64,000 nt of DNA from Lama guanicoe. Lineage: Eukaryota. Every line of letters starts with the position of its first letter. The stretch's first letter is position 1. The DNA is taken from contig MU057347.1 in the NCBI GenBank assembly GCA_013239625.1, positions 1,203,459-1,267,458 on the forward strand, read 5' to 3'. The translations under genes and the position numbers were made by a program. This document shows, one piece after another, positions 50,604 through 63,527 of this stretch. The notes under the pieces were generated by a model. The model saw only the letters and a list, made by a program, of their open reading frames with translations, searched no databases and was not told the DNA's origin.

Positions 50604-53099
50604 CTGCCTCAGAGAACCCTCCCTGACCCCCATGCCCGGGTCAGAACCAGGTAAGCCCCCCTGCCTTCATGGTGCCTCTCAAGATGGTGAGACTCCTGAC
50701 TTTGTGTGACTGTGAGGTTAACAGCTACCTCCCCCAAGAGACGGTGGGCATCGTGAGGGCACAGGCGGGGTCTGCCGTGGCTCCGCCAGGGCCTCGCACA
50801 ATGCCTGCCTGCACACAGTAGGAGCATGTACTGCATGAGGCCATGAAGGCATAAAGAACAGCAAAGCTCTATAGTCTTGCCCCTCCCTTCGTGCCTCTGT
50901 TTCCCTGACCACAAAATGGCAAATCGAAGGCTTCTGGAAATTTTCAACTTCATTCTTCTGAAGCAAAATTTTTTTCTGGGGGGAGGGTTGGTTTTTAGCT
51001 CTGTTAGTCTCAGTTTCGCCCAGCAACTTTCAATCAAATCTTGGCTGAAAAATGTAAAATTTACTCCTGGAGTCAGCAAAAGCAAAGGTGTCTCACTCTC
51101 GGCTACCTGTCCTGGGCCTCTCTGAACCCTGTTTTTCCTTCTCCCCAGTTCCAGTCCTGCCCAAATCCGGCCAATTCCCTGGGGCTACATCCAAAAGATT
51201 CCCTCAAAGAGCTCACCCCGCCCGGAGCCTAGAGACATGAAGTGGAGGCTCAGAAAGGGAAAGAATGTAACCAGAGTCACACAGCCAAGCAGAGGCTGTG
51301 CACCTGTGAAGCTCAGCTCTGGGCCCAGTCCCATGCCTTGGGGCATCAGCCATGGCATCTGCCCACATAAATGTCATCAGTCCAGGGGAAACTGCCCTGC
51401 CCCTCCAACCTCAGGCACAGCAGAGGTCCTGGGGCACAGAGAGAACATGACCTGCCCAAAGCCACACAGCTGGGAAATAGTGAAGCCAGAGCTGGAAGTC
51501 CCAGAGCCCAAGCTGCCAACCGTTTGGCTGCCCTGCCCCTTCCACATGGGCTGCAGGAGCCAGGTTATGTAATACTGATCCAACTCCCACCGCAAGGCGG
51601 GTGGGGAATCTTAGGAATCGGGCAGACCTGAGTTCAAATCAAACCACCATGGGACCTCAGACAAGGGATGTTTCCTCAACTGTAACATGGGGTTGATCGA
51701 GTCCACCTGGTGGGGCTACGGTGTGGGTTCAATGAAACAATGCTAAGGTTAATGTTCATTCCTTACTGTTCACGTTAAGGGGGGAAGCCATTGACACAGA
51801 GCCTGTCCACCTGCTCAGCCCATTCCACAAAGCGGGGTCCGGCCTCCCCATCCTGCCCCTGTGGAGGGGCCCCCTTCCTGCTATGCTGCCCTGGGGTCCT
51901 GTCTGCTGAGTCAAGGCACCAATTCTCCTCATCATTTGCTTTGTGGGTGATGCCGAAGGCGCTAGGGAGTAGTTAGTCAGGATGTTTTCAGCATCTCCTT
52001 GGTCTCAACTTACCACCTGTACAGAGACACACTCTGAAAGCAGCATCCTCGGCCACTCTGCAGAGAAGTCAGGAGCAATCCAGCCAGCTTCCCAAATCTC
52101 CCCATGGGGCATGCCCAGCGCTCAGGCAGCAGGAGGCTGGTGGGACTCTACCCCTCAACCAAGCTCTGCGACGTCTGGCAATCCCTTAACGGGGGACAGA
52201 AGGCAAACTCTGACACCAGCCATTTCCTTCTAGTTCTAAAAACAGGTTGTATACACTAGCGTTCGCCTTTGTGTGCATCAAATATCTCTGGAAGGACTGG
52301 CTGCAGTGGTCCCTTCTGAGAGGGGGACTGAGCAGCTGGGATAAGAAAAGGGGGATTTTTACCACACTTTTTTTTTTTTTTGGCTGACCAGCTTTTTAAA
52401 ATTGAAGTACAGTTGATTTACAATGCTCTGTACCATATCTTTTTAAACTTTTAAAATTTAAATCGTATGAATGCTTTGAGTATTTAAACAAAATTAAAAC
52501 TAACAATAACAGAACCTAGGATTTATAGAAGATTTAAAATCCCCAGCCTCCTGAGTTAGCCTGACCCTTCTGCCATGACTACAGAAAAAGGATGCTGGCC
52601 AGAGGGATGTGGCTCCTGCAGGGTGAGGTGAGTGAGGGTCATTTCACCTTATGGGCCTCCGAGTCCCCCTCCAGATCAAGAGAGCTATTGAGAACCATGT
52701 CCTAACCTAACCTCGATTTGCCAGTCTCTTCTTTGGATCAGATCTGGAAAGGGCATGAAACAGTCCATCACGAGAGCTGTGGGGTAAGGGGTGGGGGGTG
52801 AGCTCCTGAGAGCCCCACTGGCCCAGGACTCTGAATGAAACTACTCAGCACACCACCCAGGCAGACCCCTTCTTTCGGGAAAACTGAGGCATGGAGCTTG
52901 AAAGGGACTTGGGTCAAGACGACACTGTCAGCCTGGGCACGTCATCACCCCATTGGCCTGCACCCTGATAGTCACAACCGGGGGGCTCCGTCTGCATTAA
53001 CTTTGCCCCTACACCCTCAAGAGGCTGCATGGGCAGGTGGAGGATCTGGCCCGGATGTGGCCCCGTCCACAGGCTGGGGAGGCTGGAGGGTCGGCTGCG

Positions 53100-53295
53100 C
53101 CAGCCTGGCTGGGCCTCTCGGGCTGCGGTATGGAGTCTGGTCTTTGTCCTAAGAGCCCCTGGGGAGCCACTGAAGGGTTTTAGGCTAGGAACTGATGTTG
53201 TCTGATTTATGTTTCAGAAGATTGCTCTGGCTGCTGGGTGGAGAATGGACTGGAGGGGTGAGAGGGGGAGCAGGAGACTGATGCAGAAGCTGCCG
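53100..53295 (-). mobile_element. L2 fragment, antisense (donor of the inverted 34-bp copy)
   Basis: ggagccactgaagggttttagg...tttcagaagattgctctggctgctgggtggagaatggactggagggg. Confidence 0.75.
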
Positions 53296-53963
53296 CAGTT
53301 TAGACCAGAAAGGGAGCAGTGGGAGAGCCGTGAATGGGTCCCAGGGAAGATCAGCTGATCGTGAATGGAAAAACTATATTCCTCTTCAGGTAGTGAGTCC
53401 CCTATCCCCGGTCACATTTAAACCGAGCCTAGACCACAACATGACAGAGCTGTTACAGAGGGGACTTGATAAGTTGGACCACATGGCCAAAGTTCCAGGT
53501 CACCTCCTCCAGGAAGCCTTCCCTGACTCCTAAGGTTTGGTTGGCAGCCCCCAGGATATCCCACATTACAGTACTGATGATCCTGAGTCACAATCATTGG
53601 TTTCCAGATTTCTGTGCCCTTCCCCACTAGCAGGGCAGGGGCCACTTTGCTCCTCTCTGGATACCCAGAGCTTAGCAAAGAGCCTGGCTCACATGAGCAC
53701 GTCATACATCACTTCCCCTCCCTTCCTTATCCTTCTCCCCCAATGCCCTTTCTCCCAGGTCTTTCATCTGGTTATCCCCAATGCCCAGCCCAGATGCTAG
53801 CATACAGCAGGTGCCCAGTAAATGTTTCCTGAAATGGATTGTCTCTCCAGTGGCTCTAACACACAGTAGAAGTTCAACTTGCATTCAGCCCCTTACTCTC
53901 AAGAATCAGTCAACAACAGCGCAGTAACACTTATTTGAGTGCTTCTTCGACACTGACTTCGAC

Positions 53964-53997
53964 ACCCTTCAGTGGCTCCCCAGGGGCTCTTAGGACA
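53964..53997 (-). repeat. Perfect 34-bp inverted copy of 53145-53178, flanked by 11-bp direct repeats
   Basis: acccttcagtggctccccaggggctcttaggaca is the exact reverse complement of tgtcctaagagcccctggggagccactgaagggt; acactgacttc at 53950-53960 and 53997-54007. Confidence 0.95.
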
Positions 53998-55044
53998 CAC
54001 TGACTTCAGGTAGGACTACTGTCATGTTTATTTTGCAGACCAGCAAATGGAGGCCTAGAAAGGTGTGGGAATTTGCCTGGCCCACCCCGCTGTCAAACAG
54101 CAGAACAGGGATTAGAACCCAGGCTGTCAGGCTCCAGTCTGGACTTCGTGGCCTTGTTCTGAGGGCCCAGCTGCTCCCACCACTGTTCCTGGCACATAGT
54201 AGGTGCTGAGACCTGTCTGTAGTGGGCCCCAGAAGGATGCAGTCACCCCAACCCGGCTGTCATGGGGAGCACCGGCCTGATCCCACTCTCCTCCCAGGCT
54301 TGGGAGTAGGCCAGGCCATCCCAGGGGGCCGCTGCCAGCCCAGGCCTGCCCAGGCCCCACCGCCCACACGGCCTTCCCTGAGCCGCCAGCAGGCGGGCAA
54401 CGTGGCCTGCCCCGGGGGACTGAGCCTCGGCCGCCGGGCAGCTCAGACAAAGGCCGGCAGCGTGCCCGATCCCCTGGCACTTGGGCTGCTGCCGCCTCCT
54501 CCTCCTCCTCCCCTTGTCCCTCCAGGGCCTGGGTTGGGGGCACTGGCAGAGGTTGTTTTCAAAAGGGAGGTGGCAGGAAGGATGAGGAAGGGGGCTGAGC
54601 AGCCCCCAGGGCAGAGGCTAGAGCAATTAGACTGACGGGTTGGAAGTGGGCCGTCCTGCAGGGCTGAGCTGCCCAGAAATCAGGTGGGTGGGGGGCTGGC
54701 GAGGGCACAGCCAGCAGGTCTGACTCCTCTCCCTGCCCCCACGCTGGCCCCCAGCAGGCGCCAGCCCAGGTCTGTTGAATAATGACCATGCTCGCTCAGT
54801 GCTGAGTGCTGTCAGGGTGGGGCCCTGGGCACACGCATCGCTGATCCTCCCAACTTGCCCGGAAGACAGCAGGTATGGAAGCAGCTATTAATTATCTCCC
54901 CGATTCAGCCAAGAGGAAACTGAGATTCAGAGAGGCAAAATGACTAGCCCAAGGTCATACACAAACCCTACCCATTTCTATCTGATTGCAGCAAGCCATG
55001 CGTCCCACTGCTCTGTCTCTTTACAATCAATTAATAATAAAAAC

Positions 55045-55270
55045 AGAAATAACAGCTAGTATGTACTGAGTATTTAATATGTGCCAGGCACTCTCCCTAG
55101 GGCATTGCCTGTATTAAGTCATTTAATCCTCACAACAATGCCGTGAGGTAAGAACAATTATTGGGACCATTTTACAGATGAAAAACTGAGGCCTGACAAA
55201 TAGAGTAACATACATGACCAAGACCAAACAGCAAGTAGGGTTTCAACCCAGCCATCTGGAGCCTGCACAA
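55045..55270 (-). mobile_element. MIR SINE, near full length
   Basis: tactgagtattt..tatgtgccaggcact...catttaatcctcacaacaa...ccattttacagatgaaaaactgaggc. Confidence 0.85.
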
Positions 55271-58200
55271 TAAACCAGTTTTATCCTGAATGGATGGATA
55301 GATGGACGGACTAATGCATGGGGACTCTGCCTTGTGTGCACCAGGCCTGCGGCTGGGCACCCAGTAGGTGCTTGGCCAGCAGTAGCCATGACAACGCTGT
55401 GCTTTCTCCTGCAGCCCCTGCCAGAGGGGCCTCATGTCCCCAGCAGGGCTGGAGCTTGGGGGCCATGGGCCGTGTGCCCGGGCTGCTGGGGCCGCCCGAG
55501 CTCCCTCGCTGAGNNNNNNNNNNNNNNNNNNNNNNNNNNNNNNNNNNNNNNNNNNNNNNNNNNNNNNNNNNNNNNNNNNNNNNNNNNNNNNNNNNNNNNN
55601 NNNNNNNNNNNNNNNNNNNNNNNNNNNNNNNNNNNNNNNNNNNNNNNNNNNNNTCGCTGGAGCCAGACCCGGCACACAGGTGAGAAACTGCAGCCAACAC
55701 CACCAGCAGCCCCTGTCATGGGGGACCCACGGGGGGGCCGTGGCCCCAGGTCGGGGAGAGGGAGGCAGATGCGAGAGAGACAGGGGAGCCTGTGGTCAGG
55801 GAGACAGCTCCCGCCGGTGGCCCAGCCAAGGCTTGGAAAAATCCTGCTGCCGGGATGCTTCTCTCACTGGCTTTATTTCTCCCAGCTTCTCTGACAAAAA
55901 ATGAGCCTCAGTTCTTTTTCTAAATGGCGCAATCCTGGAAGCATCAGCTTCTAGAACTGAGGGTGGTGCCTGAAGAGATCTGGGCAGGGCTGGGCCTCTG
56001 TAGGGCCCAGAGCCAGGGGACAGGTGTGGTGCCCCCGCACAGCAGGCACTAATTGGCTCTTGTGCTGGTGGGCCCTGAAGGGGATTAACTGGGCCCTGGG
56101 GACTGGCTGGGGACCGCACCACGCCCCAACCAGGGCCCCGCTTGGAGACAGGCGTGTGGTGGGGCTGAGAGCAAGGATGCTGCGGCCAGACCAGCCTAGG
56201 CTCAAACCCCAGCTCTATCCCTTCTCTTCTCTGTGCCTCAGTTTCCTCCTCTATGAACGAGGAGGGCCTGCCAAAAAGGGCAATTGTGAGAAGGCAATGA
56301 TATAATCTATATAAAATACCCAGCATACAGTGAGAGCTCAATGAAAGATCACGGGGACCTATTTGCTGAGATGCCTCAGGGTGCCCGGCCCCAGGCATAT
56401 CATAAAGATGATTTCCTTCCCGCTGCAAGCACTTGGGGAGGCAGGTCTAAAGCCCACTCGCTGGACACACGCAGAAGCTGAGGCTCCCGGAGGGATGGGG
56501 TTTGTGCAGGTTGGATATCCCGGAGGGTAAGATGCCAGGCCGATTCTCACCTCTGTCCAGTTTACAGTTTGCATAACCAATATCTCATAATGGGGCTGCA
56601 CCTTGACTTTGAAAATCAGATCTCAAGGCCACCTGCCTCAAATCTGCCTTGGCTCCCAAGTGCCTGGGTAAAATCCAGGCTCATTTACCGGGCATTAGAG
56701 GTCTCTGTGGTGTGACTCTGCTCACTCCAGCTTTGAAGCATGCTTCGTGCCTCTGCAAGGCTGTCTCCTCTGTCTGGGATGCCCACCCTCCACTCAGCTC
56801 CTTGCTGAGTCTTGGCCCTATGGTATGCTCTTCCAGAAAGGCTTCCCAGCCCAGCACTCTCCAGGCCAAGCTAGGGACCCCTTCACTTGTGCACCAACAC
56901 CCTGGTCACCAAAATCCCTCTGCCCTGTAGCCCTGGAAGATCTCCTCTCTGGAATCTGGGGCCAGAGGGAAGAAGGCACCCGACCTGGCATCCAAGGCTG
57001 CATAGTCTGACCCTATCTACCTCTCGAATCTCTGCTGTACCTCAATCTACCACAGCTGCTCGGCTGCAGGCTTTGTCCTGGGCCACCAGCCTCAAAGCCT
57101 CATGGCCCCTGAGCAGACTATCCACTTGTGCTCTACTTCTCTGCTCACACAGAACCCCCACCGCACTGTCCCAATGTCCCCATGTCCCCATGCTGCCTAG
57201 CAGCCCCTGTCCCGTTGAGTCCAGTTCAGACTCACCCTCCTCTGGAGCTTTCCTGACCACCCCAAGCCACAGGCAGCCTTTTGACCCCAACTTTCCCGCA
57301 GGAGTTGCAGCTGCCTCCCTCCTGTGTGTTCCTGAGGCCTGGGGAGGGAGGGGGCGGGGGGGAGAGGTGGGAAAGGGAGGATGGAGAGGGGGAAGGAGCT
57401 CCACCTTTATTAGCACTTGCTCTGGGACAGGCCCTGTTCTAGGCACATGGCCACACAGCATCTCAATTATCCCATTCCCTGGGGGAACAAAAGGAGGCTC
57501 AGACTCTGGGAGATTAAGTGTGTCTCTTGCTAAGGGCCTGAGGTCCAGCTGGGCTTCTCCTGCCGCCTGTGATGCGGAGGCGGCACCACAGGGCTGCCAG
57601 GGGCTGTCGCTGGCCTTGTGCTCCTCGCACCCTCCACCCGGGCCAGCAGAGTGCCAAAGCAGCGGCAGCAGCAACACGGCCTGCTGATTACAGACATCAT
57701 TTAGGTGCTGGGCTCTAACACACACAATCCTCAAGTTCAAGATGAGGAAACTGCCACTAGAGAGGCAAAGTGCCTCACGTAGGTCACCCAGCCAAAGAGC
57801 CATGGAGCCAGGATCTGAACCCCATGATTGAAAGGCCATGGTGTCCCGGAGCCCGGGACATTGCCTGGCCTCCCAGCCGAGCTGGCACTAGCCTCAGGCA
57901 GCTATAGCCCCAATTCCAGCCACCAGGTCCTGAGCTTGTCCCCAGAGGCCATCTGCTAATCAGCCAGGTGGCTTCTGCTTGCTCTGTGGCTGCTTTGGAG
58001 CAATTCTCCCAGGAAAGACCAAGCTTGCAGGAGCAGGAAAGTTACTTGTAATCTGCACAAGATGTGACAAAGGGGACAAAGGCGCTCTTGGCTGCCCATC
58101 ACAGCCTGAGCTGGCCTCACGTCCACGTCCCAGGATGACTGGCCACTTGCCACCACCACAACAGGTTCCCTGAATGTCTGCTGTCCACAGGACACATCCA

Positions 58201-60289
58201 CACACAGTCCCCATCCAGTCTGGGTCACTGGCCACGCCCCAGGAAGAGCAAAAGTGAGCAATGACATGCCCCCTGCCACCCTCTCCAGTGCTGCAGGGAG
58301 GGGTGGACAGGACGCTCAGTGATCTCAAAGCTCACTACACCTGTGCGTGCCTCTCAGCCTCTGGGAGCTCTGCATGGCAGCTCCCTGGACCTCATATCAG
58401 CTTGAGGGTTGATACTGCTCTTGGTCCATTTACAGAAGAGAAAACCAAGGCACAGGGAGAGGCGGTGACTACCCAACGACGCGAAGGACCCAGGGTTCGC
58501 ATTCAGCCTGTCTCACTCCAGAGCTCATGCTGTTTCCAACGGCTCTAAATTGAGATCGTCCAGTTTCGGTCTGCCAATTTGCAGCTGTAGAAACTGAGGG
58601 CACAAGGCTACTTTATAGAACGAGCATGGGCTTTGGAGTCCCAGCTCTGCTCTCATGCCCTTCAGGACATAACCTTTCCTCTTTGCGCCTCAGTTTCTTC
58701 ATCTAGAAAATGAGCCTGGAAACCCCTGAGTTGTGTAGGCGCTGGACAAAGGCAGTCTGGGTTCTTAAAGGCACTGAATAAGGAAGGGGGGCTCCCTGAC
58801 CTCTTCTTCAAAGGGTCGGATGGCCGGTCCAGTGCCCACAGTGAGCCGATGCAAGGCAGGGCTAGAACCTGAGGCCGTGAGCCCCATGAGATGAAGGCTG
58901 AGGCTGCAGCTACTAAGGAGCAGAGCCTGGTGGGCAGGGTCTTCCGTCAAGGGTTAGGAGGCCAGATTGTGGCCAGGGAGATGGGCAAGGGAGGAAGGGG
59001 TCCTCCTGCACCAAGCCCGCCTGCTAGCCCCTGGTGAGCTCTGACCAGCTCCCTGGGAAGAGCGGCCCACACAGGGGCCAGGTCAGGCAGACCTGCATCC
59101 ATATCCTGGCTCCCCTCACGCCAGCTAGGCACGCCCCTGTCTGAAGCTCTGCTTCCTTATTCGTAACACACCCCGCCCCCCAGGGCTGTCCCAGGGCTCA
59201 GAGACTGATCAGGACAGGCATCTGGACAACAAAGCACCAGGGGCCAGGCTGCTGGGAGACCAACCTGGAGACCCAGCCCGCCCTGCCCAGGAAGGCCAGA
59301 CACCGGATGGACAAAACAGACCGAATGGACAATCACATGAGCCCAGACCTCTTCCTCTTCTCGGAGACCTGCCCCAGACTCCACCCGCCTGTGGCCTGAG
59401 CTTCCCCACGCTCTGGGCCTTTCAACATCCTTACAACAGACCTCCCACCCCACCGAGCCATGCCTTACAAAACCAGCTCAGGGACCACAAATCTGAAAGT
59501 CGCTATTGTTGCTTGGTGTGGGTGATGTGTGCGCATGTGTACACTCAAGCTCATGAGGGAGGGCGGGCTCTGGACCATCTCCACTCCCCCGGCTCCCCGG
59601 GGTTCCCTGAGCCCGGAGACCCACATCTCAGCCTTCTATCGGCCAGACCCCACTGTGACCTTGGGCAAGTCATTCACCCTCTTTGGGCCTCAGTTTACCT
59701 TATGAGTCGGGGCTATTACTTCCTGCCCCCTCTTCGCATGGAGTTCTTAGAAGATTCAGGTAATATGACAAATTCTCAACTGCTATGAAAACAGTTTGAA
59801 GTCATGCAAATGTTAGGTTCCAGTTTTAAACATTTAGCACCTCCTTCTGGAAAGCACAGGCTGGGCATTTATACACATGCTCCCAGGTGTGTTTCCTGCA
59901 AGTCCCATCCCATCAACCCTGATACACAGGCACTGTAGCCCTCATTCTGTAGATGAAAACACTGAGGCTCGGAGAATGATTTGCCTAACATCACATGACC
60001 GTGGAAAACAGCGGAACCAGGATTTGAACCCAGGGCCATCTGATTGCCAGCTATATACATTGAGGAGTCAGGACCATGGTGTTCTCTTTTCCAAGCCCCA
60101 CAGGTCTTAAAATGCACCCTTCAGGTTGAAGAAATAGGCAGCAAGGCCCCTGCCCCAGCCCCATCCAGGAGGCTGGCATCACCAGCTCTCCCTAGGATGG
60201 GCTGTGAGGTATAATTTTGTTCTGGGCCCTAAGATTCTGAGTGGTAAAATATGGTCTTTTGACTCCCAAATACAGGGGGTGGGCGGGGC

Positions 60290-60705
60290 TAAGACAGTGG
60301 CCTCCTCACTATTCCTCAAATCCACCAGACACACTCCTGCCTCAGGGCCTTTGCACTTACTGTTCCCTCTACCTGGAATGCTTTTCCACCAGATACCTGC
60401 AAAACTTGCTCCTACACCTCCTTCAGGGCTTTGCTTATAACATTGCCTTCTCAGTGAGGCCCTCTCTGACACCCTGATTAAAATCCAATACCTCCTACCC
60501 CAGCACCTCTGCTTCCCCTCACTCATTGATTTTTCTCCACAGCATTTACCAGCATGTGATGAGCTGGGAGCTTTCCTTGTTTATTATGTAGCATCAGTTC
60601 CCACTAGAATGTCAGCTTTCCGAGGGCAGAGATTTTCATCTGTGTCTCCAGAGCCTGGCACAGGGCCTGGCACAGAGCAGCCACTCTGTAAACATTTAAA
60701 CAAGT
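60290..60705 (+). mobile_element. L2 LINE 3' end
   Basis: cctgcctcagggcctttgcacttactgttccctctacctggaatgc...ccactagaatgtcagct..cgagggcagagattt. Confidence 0.85.
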
Positions 60706-61561
60706 GGATAAAACTGAGGCCCAGAAAGGGATAGCAGTGGGCCCCAGGCCACACAGGGAGTGCAGAGGCAGCATCTGTGTCCAGGCCTCTGTTCCCAGCC
60801 CCCACCTTCTGTCCTGTCTCTTCACTGCCATGGGATGGCTTGGGTTTGCTAGAATTGAGTGTGCAGGAGCCTGGGTCCCAGAGGCATGAGAATCAGCAGT
60901 GGGTGGGAGAAAAACAGCCCCTCTCCTAGGGCCTGCGTAGGGAAAACAACAAAGGGGGTGTGTATGGCGTGTCCATCCAGGCGCCCCTGGCCCCCCCGAC
61001 ACCCCTCCCTATCCCAGACCCAAGGCAGACTCAGAACAGAACCTTTTCCATCCTGCTTTCTGATTAGGGGATGGGGTCTCTACCTGGAAACATCAATTGC
61101 ACCAGTGAGGCTGGCGGTTCCTTGCCTGTCCGGGGGCCATCCTGGAGGACGGGTCTTGCCTTTCACAGACGAGGTGCTGAGGGCAGAGGAGCCAGGGTAC
61201 CATTTGCCCAAGCTTGCTGGGGCAGAGCCTGATCCCAAATCCTGTTCAGGCAAGTCAGACATGCACTTTCCCTGGCACTGGACCCTGTGCTAGGTGCTGG
61301 GTCCAGAAGGCAAGGAAGGGACCTGACAGTGATGGCAGCAAGGGGGGAACTGCCAGCTGGAAGGGCCAGGTGGCCACAGCTGCTGGTCAGCCTGCCTGCC
61401 TGGGTTCACATCCGGGTGCCGCCCTTGGCTCACAGGGGGCCTCGGGCAAATTGCATAAGATCTCAGTGCCTCACAGGGTGATTGCAGGAACCCAGAGTGC
61501 AAACACAGGAAGCATTTAGAGCAGGCCAGCACCTAACGAGCCCTCAATCAATGTGAGCTGA

Positions 61562-61640
61562 CACACCACCAACCTCACTATCACCATCACCACCACCCCC
61601 ATCACCACCACCCCATCACCACCACTACCACTATCACCAT
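61562..61640 (+). repeat. Degenerate (CAC/CAT)n trinucleotide tract
   Basis: caccaccaacctcactatcaccatcaccaccacccccatcaccaccaccccatcaccaccactaccactatcacc. Confidence 0.85.
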
Positions 61641-62454
61641 ACCCTGTAGCATCTGTCTCCCAGCATGCACCCCGAGCTCGGCCAGGGCAGGAGCCACATC
61701 TGTGAGGCTCGCCACTGCACCCCAAGAAGCTCTCTCCAAGTTGCTGATGAGTAAATGAGTGAGTGGATGAAATGCATGATGAAGAGGCTTTTATGGAGAA
61801 CAAAGCAGCTAATACGAGGAGGAGACAGTTACATCCATTCTTTCCGCACCCCTCCAGCTCTCTCCACCTCATTTCTGTAGCTTCTGCTCCCATGTGGGCT
61901 GTTGTGCCCTAGAACCCAGAGCCTCCCTGGGTTCCAGCCTCTACTCTGCACACACTGGACCAGCCTCGGCTCCCTAAACACCTCTCCCCATGTTCCCTGC
62001 CCTGCAATACTCAACAGCTCCCACTGCCTGAGAGCTGGCTTTCTGGGCCCCATTAAGGGTTCATCCAGCCACATCCCCTCAGCCCCAGGCCTCCCTTCAG
62101 GCCAGTTTCTCTTCCCCTCTTCCCACAGCTGTGTCCCTGCCCTGCCTGGGCTTCACAATATGGCTAGGAGTGAGTTCAAATGCTTCCATGTGGGGCTTGG
62201 GGTCCTCTCTGACCACCTGCTGACCCTGCCAGCCTCCTCTGGCTCTCTCAGCCCCAGGAGTGGAGGAGCCTGCTCCATGGGCAGGTCAGACAGCCCCTGA
62301 TGGGACCCTGGCCATCACGCTAGCCTTCATGTAGGCCCCGTAATAGCCTGGGTCCTCCATTTTGCAGAGGAGGGAACTGACATACAAAGAAGAGAATGAA
62401 AAGGGTTAAGGCAGTCATTTAACAAATATTTTCTGAGTGCCTACTATGCATCAG

Positions 62455-63527
62455 GTGCTATAGGGGGTATGTAGGACTCCCAGGTCTGGGAGGGCAGGGA
62501 TCAAGTCTGTCCTATTCACCGCCCCCGGCACATAGTAGGTGCTCAGTAAATCTTTGTGGAATGAATGAACAGGACCTGGCACAAAGCAGGTGCCAATCAA
62601 AGCTTGTTGAGGGAACCAGTGAATGAATGCATGGTGCCAGGAACACAGCAGTAAGCAAGACAGCACATGTCCCCTTCCTCATGGAGCCCAGCCCAGAGGA
62701 ACACACACAAATAGGCACTAGCCAGGTGTCATGAAAAGCTCTAAAGTTGGAGTAAGGGGCTTGAGAACGATGGGGGATAAAGGGTGTTTTGAACAGGCAG
62801 TCAGGGAGGGCCTCACTGAGGAGATGACATGTCAGCAGGGCCCAGTGAGGGCTGGGGAACAGCCTGCAGGCTAGTGTGGCCGGAGGCAGAGAGCAGAAAC
62901 CTTGAAGGTGGAGAGAGGGGCCGAAGTAGGGCTGGGCCTTGTGGGTCTTGGTGGCTTTTGCTCAGACGGCGATGTGGACCCACCAGAAGGGTCTGAGCAG
63001 AGGAGGAACATGGTCAGGTTGACATTTTTAACACAGCACTTTGGCTGCTGTGTGAAGAGGCAGAAGGTCGGAAGGACGGCGAGTGCTGTTGCTGGGGAGG
63101 AGGGGCCAAGGACTGGGGTGGGAGAGGGTGATGAAAAGGCCCTGCACCCCCCACCCCCACCCAGTTCTACTTCCCTGGGAAAGGGGGAGTCAGAGGAGCC
63201 AGATATGGGGGCAGCAGGGATAGTTTGGGGATACCAGGCAGAAGTGGCCCCCTTGGGCTTAGCAAGTCGGTCACAACGGGGACAGGGGCCCGGCTGCCTG
63301 AGCTGACCAGCTGGATGGCATGTCAGGCCCTAGGTGCTCCCTGACCTCAGGCTAGTGGGGGTACCTGGGAATCTCAGGTCTGGAAGGGCAGAGATCGAGT
63401 CTGTCTTATTTACCACTCCTCGCACATAGTAGGTGCTCAATAAATCTTTGTGGAATGAATGGACAGGACCTGGTACGTAGCAGGTGCCATTCAAAGTTTG
63501 CCGGATGAATTGGTGAATGAATGGATT
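62455..63527 (+). repeat. Local direct duplication of about 175 bp (about 62455-62632 and 63350-63527) made of tandem L2 tails
   Basis: Both copies share caggtctgg.agggcag.gatc.agtctgtc...gcacatagtaggtgctca.taaatctttgtggaatgaatg.acaggacctgg.ac..agcaggtgcca.tcaaag. Confidence 0.85.

Noticed and set aside
56887-57839. 266-aa and 265-aa antiparallel ORFs
   Set aside because: Overlap repeat-derived and G-rich sequence; no recognisable protein.
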